Position numbers and translations under genes: made by a program. Shown here piece after piece: positions 26,989-35,197 of a stretch of DNA of 35,197 nucleotides (positions are counted from its first letter, which is position 1; the number at the start of each line of letters is the position of its first letter). Below the pieces are notes generated by a model that saw nothing but the letters and a program-made list of their open reading frames with translations, was not told the origin of the DNA and searched no databases. The DNA is taken from contig CAZRZE010000002.1 of the NCBI GenBank assembly GCA_964604535.1, forward strand, positions 1 to 35,197. The letters are read 5' to 3'. The DNA is from an uncultured Akkermansia sp. (GTDB lineage: Bacteria > Verrucomicrobiota > Verrucomicrobiia > Verrucomicrobiales > Akkermansiaceae).

Positions 26989-28470
26989 ATGCCAACATCG
27001 TTCGATTGGCGCGCAGGCAGTATTTACTTTGCCCTCTTTTGCTTACTTTATCTCTACCACTTCCTCTGTCTAGGATTGGATCTGGATGAGTACATGGACT
27101 TTTATGGCGCATCCCTAGACACCTACACAGCACAGGACAGGTGGGGACAAAGCGCCTACCGACTCTTCTTTGGAGAAGGGACTGCCATCTGGGCAGCTGG
27201 GGTGGCCTCCGCCCTCTATCTATCCCTCACTTACGTCATACAGATACAATTACTGGGACTGCGCAGCATGATGTCAAAGCTGCTCTTTGGCGGACTCTGC
27301 CTGTGCTGCACACAGTTTGCCTACATGATTGGCTTTATGCAGCATGTGGACGCTATTGCCTTTTCCCTGCTGCTCACCACGCTGAGCGCCTACCTACTCT
27401 TCACCTCTCAATCCGCGCTATGGTGGCGCTTCCTTGCTGCCATGCTCATGACAGCCTTTGCACTGGGCTGCTACCAGACCAGTCTCTTTTACCTCACCGC
27501 ATTGGTCTGCGCCCTCTTTATTCAAAAACTTTTTGCAGGTAACAGTCTTCGCGATCTCGCCAAGCCTCTCATCTATTTTGCACTCCTTGCCATCCTCTCT
27601 GTAGGATTATGGTACACCCTACGCCTCGTGACCCACCCCATGGCTAGCGAGCAAGCGCGCGACTATGCGACCGCCTACCACTCTTCTCGCAGTCAGGCAG
27701 GTAGCTTCTTTGGCTTGGACATCAAGATGAAGATACTCTACCTTGCCCACTACGCCAAAATGACAGTGATTACCGCCTTCGGTAGTCTGGAAGGCGGTAG
27801 ACTCATCTACAGCACAGCCCTGCTGCCTCTAGGCTACATGATTACTCTCAGCTGGCTACGCCTCACATGGCTACCACGCCTCCTCTCAACTGCACTTTTG
27901 CTGAGCATATGGCTACTGCCCTTTGTCCTCATCCTCATACTAGGCACACCACAGCCTGCGCGCACCTTCTTGGCAGAACCCCTGTCTCTAGCCCTTCTCT
28001 GGACACTGGCGTGGAACTATGCACCAGAAAGAATCAAACAAGGCCATGTACAGGGCATAGCAATCTTCCTGCTAGCTTTCCTTTTTATCAAGGCTCTCTA
28101 CCGCACATCTGAAGCAGAGCGCTATCAAAACAGTAGCGCACAGCAGCTCGTAGCTGAAATAAGGCTCATGGAAGCACAGAGACTCATCCTATCGCATCAG
28201 GAAGGAAAGGAAATCAGTGTGCTACTTGTACCCATGAATGAAAAACAGGGCTTTGACGCAGTAATAAGTCTCGGCCCCGTCCTACATCATCATCAATTGA
28301 AGGCATTTTCTACCCTCCGCGATGAAGATGAACAGAAGCATTACGCGGAACTGCTAGCAGAAAAGCCCTATTGGCCAGAACTTGGCAGCGTACTGAGACA
28401 GGGAGACCAGCTGATTATTAAATACAAGAGACCAGGAAATAGACCTAAGTCACAAAAATTAGCCCTATAA
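26989..28470 (+). CDS. GtrII-like integral membrane glucosyltransferase (GT-C fold)
   Basis: About 10 TM segments; D-E near the N-terminus; DRWG, GCYQT, PART and C-terminal PYWPELGSV...GDQLIIK motifs. Start moved past the tRNA. Confidence 0.7.
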   Translation: MPTSFDWRAGSIYFALFCLLYLYHFLCLGLDLDEYMDFYGASLDTYTAQDRWGQSAYRLFFGEGTAIWAAGVASALYLSLTYVIQIQLLGLRSMMSKLLFGGLCLCCTQFAYMIGFMQHVDAIAFSLLLTTLSAYLLFTSQSALWWRFLAAMLMTAFALGCYQTSLFYLTALVCALFIQKLFAGNSLRDLAKPLIYFALLAILSVGLWYTLRLVTHPMASEQARDYATAYHSSRSQAGSFFGLDIKMKILYLAHYAKMTVITAFGSLEGGRLIYSTALLPLGYMITLSWLRLTWLPRLLSTALLLSIWLLPFVLILILGTPQPARTFLAEPLSLALLWTLAWNYAPERIKQGHVQGIAIFLLAFLFIKALYRTSEAERYQNSSAQQLVAEIRLMEAQRLILSHQEGKEISVLLVPMNEKQGFDAVISLGPVLHHHQLKAFSTLRDEDEQKHYAELLAEKPYWPELGSVLRQGDQLIIKYKRPGNRPKSQKLAL

Positions 28471-28477
28471 GAGATGG

Positions 28478-29344
28478 CTATTGTTGATGAGCTTTTTTTA
28501 GCTTTTCCATACCCTCGTAAGGGTCATTGATAACATCAACCAAGGGAGATAGTACAAAATAACTCTCTTCTCTCACCCTTACCATCTCGGCGCGGCACAT
28601 GGCACCGATTTGACGCATATTCTCCAGCCTGCTATCCAGTAACTGTCGCTCTGATTCAGTCTTTACCTGCTGTACCATCTGACGCGTCTCGCCATAGGCA
28701 GGCTCTAAATTCTTGATAAGCTGATCAATTTTCTCCGCATACTGACGTGCCGTCTCGAGAGATTTAACAAGCTGCAGTGTTTCATAAAGAAGGTAGAGAT
28801 CGCTCTCAATACTCTGCAATCTAGATGATTGAGAGGCAGGCAGCTGCTCTTTAATTGCTAGGATGCTACCCCAATCTTTTGTCTTCCCCTGCTGCTGCGC
28901 CTTTGGACAGAATTGCTCTACAAAGTGCTTGAGCTCTTCGCTACCGTAAGCCCCCTTCTCCCAGATACGAAGGCTATAGACAGAGAGTCGTCCAAATTGC
29001 TGCGCCACATCACGCCTATATTCTTGGGCAATGATGATATCAGCGTCCGCTGTATCAATAAGCTCTTTTGCCTTATTGATTTTCTGAGCGATAGCATCAT
29101 AATGAAAATGCAAGCGCGGCATAGTCTCCTCTGCCTGTTCTGCACTTTTTATCATGAGCAATAGCTCTTCAATAATGAGAGCATGTTGTACAATTTCGTT
29201 GATAATGGCACGATCTGGCTCACTATCGCGCTCGGGACTTATGATACGCCTATCTGTAGAGGGCAGACCTGCCACCTGCGCTGGCAGAAGGTTACTTGCA
29301 CATGCAAGGAGCACGGCAGTTACTGGTTTTATAGAATTGACCAT
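28478..29344 (-). CDS. Hypothetical exported helical protein with an internal duplication
   Basis: Signal-like N-terminus and two similar helical halves. Confidence 0.7.
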   Translation of the reverse strand: MVNSIKPVTAVLLACASNLLPAQVAGLPSTDRRIISPERDSEPDRAIINEIVQHALIIEELLLMIKSAEQAEETMPRLHFHYDAIAQKINKAKELIDTADADIIIAQEYRRDVAQQFGRLSVYSLRIWEKGAYGSEELKHFVEQFCPKAQQQGKTKDWGSILAIKEQLPASQSSRLQSIESDLYLLYETLQLVKSLETARQYAEKIDQLIKNLEPAYGETRQMVQQVKTESERQLLDSRLENMRQIGAMCRAEMVRVREESYFVLSPLVDVINDPYEGMEKLKKAHQQ

Positions 29345-29428
29345 GGGGTAGTTGGTGGGAACTCTATCTATATAGTCTATTTAGAAGATGGTTAAAATAC
29401 GACGTTTTTTCAATAAGTGGTGTAATGC

Positions 29429-29464
29429 AAGAGAGGAGAGCGCCTGAAAGCACTCTCCTCTCTT
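29429..29464 (-). terminator. Terminator hairpin downstream of tig
   Basis: AAGAGAGGAGAG (29429-29440) pairs with CTCTCCTCTCTT (29453-29464). Confidence 0.7.
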
Positions 29465-29488
29465 TAATAAAGGTTGGATGGAGTACTA

Positions 29489-30817
29489 TTAGCTCTCCGC
29501 AGGGGCTTCTTCAGCCTCAGCGATAGAAATAGTAGCATTTTTCGCGAGCAAGTCAAGCACCTTTGATGTCACGATGCTGTGACGGATACCGACGATGCGA
29601 TTTTCCTTGGCCAACTTGCGCATGAAGCTGCGGAGGTTTTTCTCACCGTTGCGCTCAGCGAGCTGAGCAATTTGCATGTAAACTTCCTGATCTGAGGCAG
29701 TGATGCCTTCGCGCTCTGCGATAAGCTGTATTGCAAAGAATACACGCAGGTTGCGCTTTGTTTCTTCGCGACTTTCTTCTGCCAGCTCATCTTTCTTTTG
29801 AAGGATGTCGTACTGACCAGCCTGCATAGCGGCATACATCTTGCGCTGGACGGTGTTTTCCAGTTCTTTTTCTACAAGTGCTTCAGGCAGGGAGAAGCTG
29901 AGTTGATCAGCGATTTGCTCTGTGATTTGGTCAATCTTTGCCTCGTCATTGCTGCTTTCCTTGTTGTTCTTAAGGTTTTCGCGGACGATGTCGCGGATTT
30001 CTTCCATGCTCTTATCAGGAAGGGCTTCAGCAAAGAGCTCTACGCTCACCTCTGGAACTTCCTTTGCGCTAACTTCTGTAACCTTGCAAGCGAAGGTTAC
30101 CTCCTTGCTGGCGAGGTCAGCGATGGGGAAGTCTTCTGTCATTGTGAGAACGATTTCCTTTTCGTCGCCTGCGCTCAGACCTACGAGACCTTCTGCAAGG
30201 CCAGGCATAAAGCGGTCTTCAGCCAGCTGGATAATGTGACCTTCGCGGCCTTCCATAAAGCCAACAGGCTTGCCACAGAATTCTGCGGTGGGCTTTCCTT
30301 CAACACTGGTGCTGAAGTCCATTTGAACATTGTCACCCATTTCAGCGGCACGCTCAACAGGCTTGTACTCGCCAAGGGATTCTGCGTAACCTTTGAGGGT
30401 TTCGTCAATCTCTTCTTCGCTTACGTCTGTGGAGGGGATGCTGACGGCGATTCCCTTGTACTCGGGAAGTTCAAACTCGGGGATAACGGTGAGGGTGGCA
30501 CTCAAGGAGAAGCTACCGTCTTCGCCAAAGCTACTTTCGAGATCACCAAATTCAAGGATAGAAAGTTCCTTGTTATCAGCAACGCACTTGTCCTGCACCT
30601 GCTCGCGCAGCTTGGCTTCTGCTTCTTCTTCGATAGCAGAGGCGTAACGCTTTTCGATAACGCTCTGGGGAGCCTTGCCTGGGCGAAAGCCTGGTACGTT
30701 TGCACCACGGGAATAGGACTTGATGATGTCCTTCTTGACAGCCTTGACCCCTTCAGCGGGGACAGAGGCGGTGAGTTGTGCTTGACAATCGTTTGTCTTC
30801 TCTATGTTAATGTTCAT
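29489..30817 (-). CDS. tig: Trigger factor
   Basis: PGFRPGKAP ribosome-binding signature, PEFELPEYKGI, FKBP-like domain (FMPGLAEGLVG). Confidence 0.96.
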   Translation of the reverse strand: MNINIEKTNDCQAQLTASVPAEGVKAVKKDIIKSYSRGANVPGFRPGKAPQSVIEKRYASAIEEEAEAKLREQVQDKCVADNKELSILEFGDLESSFGEDGSFSLSATLTVIPEFELPEYKGIAVSIPSTDVSEEEIDETLKGYAESLGEYKPVERAAEMGDNVQMDFSTSVEGKPTAEFCGKPVGFMEGREGHIIQLAEDRFMPGLAEGLVGLSAGDEKEIVLTMTEDFPIADLASKEVTFACKVTEVSAKEVPEVSVELFAEALPDKSMEEIRDIVRENLKNNKESSNDEAKIDQITEQIADQLSFSLPEALVEKELENTVQRKMYAAMQAGQYDILQKKDELAEESREETKRNLRVFFAIQLIAEREGITASDQEVYMQIAQLAERNGEKNLRSFMRKLAKENRIVGIRHSIVTSKVLDLLAKNATISIAEAEEAPAES

Positions 30818-30954
30818 GATATAATATTGATAAAAAGATATTTACGAGGGAGGGCTAGCTTAAAAATAACTCATCCTACCCCACAGGGGAGCGAAAGCAT
30901 ACAGGATGATCACAAAAATAGCAAGCCTAGAATCAAGTTGATACGATTACTATC

Positions 30955-31923
30955 TTAGTGACGAATCACAATGGGTGAATGAGGATCATTCTCGTCGTAG
31001 CGAGAAGGGGTGGATGCCTGATAATCAGCACTGGCAGGACGACGGTAGCCATCCTTACTCATCTCTGGGCGACTGGAGGCAGTAGACTCCCCTAACTCTG
31101 GCAGAGTATCGACATTGGGCAATTTATTTGCGAGAGCCTTTTGCTGCTCCTTAAATTCCGTAGTGAGCTCCACGTCCTCTTCTGCGCCATGCTTCTTCTT
31201 GTAATCCGCTTCATACTTGCGGTAATTGTCAAGTATCAGGTTAGCTACCCTCACCTCTTCAACAACATAGTTGGACTCAACATCGTCGATGATATGGACA
31301 GCTGTCTTGTGAAGGCGGGAGACATCAAAGAACTTTGATGCAGCCTCACGGGGCATACGTATGCAGCCATGGGAAAGGCGACGACCAGGCACAACACGAC
31401 CGATGTGCAGACCAATACCATCCCACGTGAGACGTTGCCAGTAGGGCATGGCAGAGCCGACGAACTTCCCACCCTCGGGCACCTTCATTGTACGACTGTT
31501 TGCATTACTGTCAATGCACTTGCCATTTGCGTCGTACAGTCTCCCCCAAAGAGTGGAGGCGTGGTCACGCTTTTTCTCTACGACTTTGTAAGAACCCGTT
31601 GGGGTGGGGTTAGATGACGTACCAGTGGATACAGGCCAGTCACCTGCTACCTTGTTATCCACGTAGAGGCGGGCGCGCTGTTGGTTAAGGGAGATGTAGA
31701 GCTCGCACTTCTTGTTCGCTCTCGCCATCAGCTGTGGGTTAAAATAGATTCTGCTGGTCTTGGGGTAGTTGTTAGAAACAACAAAACGCTCATAACCCCC
31801 ATCAGGGTAGAGAGCCAGCACACGCATGGCGTGCTCCTCTGGTGAGGGGTCAAAGCTACAGGAAGAAAGGCAAAATGCCACGGCAGTAGCCGCGATAGAG
31901 AGAATACGAGAGCTTAGATTCAT
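30955..31923 (-). CDS. L,D-transpeptidase (YkuD) lipoprotein
   Basis: Lipobox LSSC; motifs PVSTG, TPTG, MPYWQRL and GLH...SHGCIRM. Confidence 0.9.
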   Translation of the reverse strand: MNLSSRILSIAATAVAFCLSSCSFDPSPEEHAMRVLALYPDGGYERFVVSNNYPKTSRIYFNPQLMARANKKCELYISLNQQRARLYVDNKVAGDWPVSTGTSSNPTPTGSYKVVEKKRDHASTLWGRLYDANGKCIDSNANSRTMKVPEGGKFVGSAMPYWQRLTWDGIGLHIGRVVPGRRLSHGCIRMPREAASKFFDVSRLHKTAVHIIDDVESNYVVEEVRVANLILDNYRKYEADYKKKHGAEEDVELTTEFKEQQKALANKLPNVDTLPELGESTASSRPEMSKDGYRRPASADYQASTPSRYDENDPHSPIVIRH

Positions 31924-31941
31924 TATTTAATGGGTATGATA

Positions 31942-32544
31942 TTAGGGTTCTACGATTATAGGAGTACCGAGGGCTGCGTTTTCGTAAAAAATCTTAGCCA
32001 TGCGGTGGGGGAGACGAATACATCCTCGACTTTCGGGGGCGGAGGTCACAAAGCCCTCGTGCATCCAAATTCCTGTATTATTCATCTGAAGACCGTAAAA
32101 CATGGAAGCACCCTTGTACTTACCACCTGGGGGCATCACATCCTTCCCCATAACAAAATTATTCTTAATCGTATTACCCTCTGCATCCACAATACTGCCG
32201 TATTTAGAAGAGCGGTGATCCTCGTCCTTTGAAAGAACTCTGTAACGACCAACAGGGGTGCGTGCATTATCCGTCCCAGTTGACACCATGGTAAAGCCTA
32301 CCTGCCTATCACCGATGTAGTACTTTGCGTGCTGCATCCCGAGACTCACAACAATCTTATGAGGTCCCGTCAGATCTGCAGGTCTATCCCAGTAGCCGTC
32401 ACTCACAGCGTGACTCACCTGCTTTTTATAAGCAACACCATCCGCAAAGGCATAATTAGCCTTATTGGGCTGATCAATACTCTCACAAGAAAGCAAGAAC
32501 AAACTCGATAAACTTGCGATTATAAAGGAATAATAACGGCACAT
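31942..32544 (-). CDS. L,D-transpeptidase (YkuD) lipoprotein, SRGC variant
   Basis: Lipobox LLSC; motifs VSTG, TPVG and WMH...SRGCIRL. Start moved to ATG 32544 because TTGACA (32589-32584) lies inside the track's N-terminal extension. Confidence 0.85.
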   Translation of the reverse strand: MCRYYSFIIASLSSLFLLSCESIDQPNKANYAFADGVAYKKQVSHAVSDGYWDRPADLTGPHKIVVSLGMQHAKYYIGDRQVGFTMVSTGTDNARTPVGRYRVLSKDEDHRSSKYGSIVDAEGNTIKNNFVMGKDVMPPGGKYKGASMFYGLQMNNTGIWMHEGFVTSAPESRGCIRLPHRMAKIFYENAALGTPIIVEP

Positions 32545-32675
32545 AACAAAAGGAACACCGCTTTTACACTTTTTTAAACTTTTTGTCAAGCATAATAGGA
32601 ACGAGAAATACTCCAATAAAGCTACAGCCTTTTTGCTTGCTATTTTAAAAAATTAGCATAAGATTAATTCATCTC

Positions 32676-33233
32676 ATGAACGCTGAATCTTCCCTCATAT
32701 ACCAGACCTTCGGCAGCTTTCTGTGGGTACGTTGCACCGCCCGCGGAAGCTTTCTCAATAGCCCCGTCCTCAAATCCATCGCTGACAAATATCTAGCCGA
32801 TGGTGGTCAAAGCATAGTCGTTGACCTAGAAGTTTGCCTTGGCGTGGACTCCACCTTTATGGGCACATTGGCAGGAATCGCAAGACAATGCCTAGGTCAC
32901 GGTGGCACCCTAGAAATAGCCAGCCCCACAGATCGCACAAAAGCAGCCATGCTCAACCTAGGACTAGATGCCCTACTGAGCATCGATCCTGATGAGGCAG
33001 TATGGAAGCCCCAGCTAGAAAATATACGCGAGACCATAGAACTCAAAGAATCTGGAGCAGATGCCGACGCTACAGCAGCATCCTCTGCCAAGGTGATGAG
33101 CGAGCTCGACCGCGCACGCCATGTCCTAGAAGCGCACACCACCCTCCGCGATCTCAATGAGAAAAACGAGCAAAGCTTTGGCTACGTCTGCGAAAGCCTT
33201 GAGGAGGACATCAAGCGTCGCGATGAAGAATAA
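32676..33233 (+). CDS. STAS-domain anti-sigma factor antagonist-like protein
   Basis: IVVDL...GVDSTFMGTL with the phosphorylatable Ser, LGLD motif, C-terminal helical extension. Confidence 0.82.
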   Translation: MNAESSLIYQTFGSFLWVRCTARGSFLNSPVLKSIADKYLADGGQSIVVDLEVCLGVDSTFMGTLAGIARQCLGHGGTLEIASPTDRTKAAMLNLGLDALLSIDPDEAVWKPQLENIRETIELKESGADADATAASSAKVMSELDRARHVLEAHTTLRDLNEKNEQSFGYVCESLEEDIKRRDEE

Positions 33234-34611
33234 TGCAAGGGACACCGCGCAACCCTATCGTCACCTACTCTACGAGCTGCACAACAGCTCCGCAGCGCAG
33301 GAAGACACAACACGTCGCTACCCCCTAAGCAGCGAACAGCTGCAAGAGCTGCAATCCTGCTGGTCACTAGGACTATTAGGCAACAAGGGCAGCAGCCTAG
33401 CTGGCAACGATGTCCACATACTTGACTTTGGCAAATGGGCACGCGATGGGCTCTTTGACTTTGAACATGTCGAACTAGAAATAGACGGACAATGGCGCAG
33501 CGGCGGAGTCGTCTTTACCGCAGAAGCCGATGACTGGAATAAGCTAGGCTACGCAAAAAGCACCGACTACGATACAGTCATCCTCCATATCTGCCTCCAT
33601 GCAAGAAACAGCACATGGCAAAGCAAGAATAGCCGACAGCAGATCATCCCCACCCTCTGCCTAGAAAGCAGCCCATGGAGAGAATGCCTACGCCTCCCCC
33701 TCCCCTTGGACAGGGAACTGCTCACACCCTGCTCTGCCCCGCTAGAGCACTTTGAAGAAAAGCAACTGCTAGAACTCCTCCACAGCGCAGCCGCGCATCG
33801 CCTCCTACAAAAGAGACAACGCTTCCAGCAACGCGCCGCCATCGTAGGCACCTCCCAATGCTGGTATGAGGCATGGGCAGAATCCCTAGGCTACTACGAA
33901 AACCGCTTTGCCATGCGCGTCCTCGCCCAGAGACTACCATTGGCAGAACTCCTAGAACAGAGAGAAAACGCCGAAGCCCTCCTCTTTGGCGTCGCGGGCT
34001 TCCTCACATCCAGCCTAGCCGAGACAGTCAGCGACGAAGTCAGACACTACCACCGCGGCATATGGGACGCATGGTGGACATTGAGACCCGAACACGCATT
34101 AGAAGGACGACACGCACTCAACTGGACACAGGTAGGGACAAGACCAGTCAACCACCCCCATAGACGAGTCGCCGCCCTCGCCTGCACAGTAGAACGCTGG
34201 CAGGAATTTGAGCCCCTTTTATCCGCAGGAAAACTCAGAGAACTATCGCTCTTCATCGCCTCACTGCGACACCCTTACTGGCAAAAACACTCCTCATTAC
34301 CCTCCGCTGTCATGATGCGTGCCAGCTCCTTGGTAGGAAAGCAGCGAGTGAAAGCCTTTTTAGTCAACCACCTCCTCGTCATCGACGAAAGCCAAGAAGC
34401 GTGGACCCTCTACCAAGAGCAAAAGGAAAACAGCGTACCGCGCAAAATCCACCAACTAGCCATCGCCTTGGCAGGAGAAAGAGAAGACCTGAAAGCAAAA
34501 CTAAGCCACTGCGTCATCCAACAGGGACTACTGCAACTAGCACATGACTTTGCCTCCTCCCCCAAGGCGAGAGTTGCTGGCAGCTTCCCAGCAGAGTTAG
34601 CAAACATATAG
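33223..34611 (+). CDS. DUF2851-family protein (degenerate N-terminal motifs)
   Basis: Motifs Y..VILH, LGYYEN, EALLFGVAGFL, RPVNHPHRR and QQGLLQL. ATG 33223 overlaps the end of the STAS gene. Confidence 0.72.
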   Translation: MKNNARDTAQPYRHLLYELHNSSAAQEDTTRRYPLSSEQLQELQSCWSLGLLGNKGSSLAGNDVHILDFGKWARDGLFDFEHVELEIDGQWRSGGVVFTAEADDWNKLGYAKSTDYDTVILHICLHARNSTWQSKNSRQQIIPTLCLESSPWRECLRLPLPLDRELLTPCSAPLEHFEEKQLLELLHSAAAHRLLQKRQRFQQRAAIVGTSQCWYEAWAESLGYYENRFAMRVLAQRLPLAELLEQRENAEALLFGVAGFLTSSLAETVSDEVRHYHRGIWDAWWTLRPEHALEGRHALNWTQVGTRPVNHPHRRVAALACTVERWQEFEPLLSAGKLRELSLFIASLRHPYWQKHSSLPSAVMMRASSLVGKQRVKAFLVNHLLVIDESQEAWTLYQEQKENSVPRKIHQLAIALAGEREDLKAKLSHCVIQQGLLQLAHDFASSPKARVAGSFPAELANI

Positions 34612-34641
34612 AGGAATTTCCCCCTTTCCCTCACTTGTGAC

Positions 34642-34671
34642 TTGCATAAGGGGCAACCATTGTGCTATACT
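34642..34671 (+). promoter_or_regulatory. sigma70 promoter of the RelE-like gene (probably leaderless)
   Basis: TTGCAT-18 nt-TATACT with an extended TGC, 6 nt before GTG 34678. Confidence 0.6.
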
Positions 34672-34677
34672 TTGTCT

Positions 34678-35049
34678 GTGCATCAAATTGTTTTTAATAA
34701 AATAAGTGCGGCAGAACTCTCTGCCATCCCCGCTGACCATCAGTTACAGCTGTTGGGTGCTTTTCAGGTTGATGAAAAAGCACTCCTCGAAGCATCGGAT
34801 ACAAAAGGCTTTGGCGTCGTGGAATACAAAGACAAAAAACTCTACCGCTTTCGCAATGCTGACTACCGCGTCTACTTCAGCGTAGAAGACGACAGCACAG
34901 TCGTCGTCCAACGCGTTTTGAGTGCCAACACCCTGCGAGACTTCCTCTTCCGCGCCCAAATTGGCGGCACAGAAGACCAACAGCTCAGCAACTCTCGCTC
35001 CTTTTGGAAGCTGATAGAAGAAGGCGAAAAATCACCTCGCCAGAGCTAA
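34678..35049 (+). CDS. RelE/ParE-fold protein (orphan)
   Basis: QIVFNK.SAAEL N-terminus and LYRFRNADYRVYF motif typical of RelE folds, plus a C-terminal extension. GTG start. Confidence 0.65.
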   Translation: MHQIVFNKISAAELSAIPADHQLQLLGAFQVDEKALLEASDTKGFGVVEYKDKKLYRFRNADYRVYFSVEDDSTVVVQRVLSANTLRDFLFRAQIGGTEDQQLSNSRSFWKLIEEGEKSPRQS

Positions 35050-35059
35050 TTTTACAAAA

Positions 35060-35197
35060 ATGAGCTGGCTATTCAATATCCTACCCGCCCCCTCACGCGT
35101 CCTTGCCATCGCGGGAGTCACCTTTACCCAGCTGGTGCGCATGCGCCTCTTTTTGGTGCTAGCCTTCTTTGGTGTAGGCTTTTTGCTACTCCAGCTA
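35060..35197 (+). CDS. Probable ABC-transporter permease, N-terminus (3' truncated)
   Basis: MSWLFNILPAPSRVLAIAGVTFTQLVRMRLFLVLAFFG resembles the ABC-2 permease N-terminal 'AIA..TF.E..R' helix. Confidence 0.6.
   Translation, partial: MSWLFNILPAPSRVLAIAGVTFTQLVRMRLFLVLAFFGVGFLLLQL

Noticed and set aside
29798..30958. 386-aa + strand ORF antisense to tig (also long antisense ORFs over the secretin, pilM and glgP genes)
   Set aside because: Shadow ORFs from codon bias in strongly conserved genes; no recognisable motifs.
12984..35049. RtcB and the RelE-like gene as a toxin/repair system
   Set aside because: About 20 kb apart with unrelated housekeeping genes between them; no evidence of linkage.
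1..35197. Prophage, IS element or CRISPR array
   Set aside because: No transposase, integrase or phage structural genes, and no regularly spaced direct repeats were seen.

Overview
Gene-dense chromosomal window, most likely from a divergent Akkermansia/Akkermansiaceae (Verrucomicrobiota) genome. The assignment rests on recognising an Amuc_1098-Amuc_1102-like pilus-machinery cluster, a PEP-CTERM protein and a long three-domain IspG; it comes from motif recognition, not a database search. Left to right: the 3' end of a DinG helicase; a minus-strand pilMN/O/?/Q-like cluster; lgt-lpxA-HAD phosphatase; rlmH; an ankyrin+lipoprotein pair; a stand-alone rtcB; a Cys-rich Sel1 protein; an MFS transporter; ispG-GT4; an AT-rich orphan; SDR-GH75; a clan-D-like glycosidase; a LamG-like PEP-CTERM protein; an alpha-glucan phosphorylase; tRNA-Arg(CCG); a GtrII-like GT-C; a duplicated-domain exported protein; tig; two L,D-transpeptidases; STAS-DUF2851; an orphan RelE-like gene; and the start of an ABC permease. 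I found no integrase, transposase or CRISPR array. Main oddities: (1) the glucan phosphorylase has Ser in place of the PLP Schiff-base lysine (EASGTSGMS); (2) many genes have a sigma70 promoter only 6-8 nt before the start codon, suggesting pervasive leaderless translation; (3) a CCA-less tRNA-Arg ends 2 nt before the ATG of the GtrII-like gene; (4) two multi-hairpin intergenic elements share motifs, and one flanks an AT-rich orphan gene; (5) the DUF2851 gene is motif-degenerate and the adjacent RelE-like gene lacks an antitoxin.
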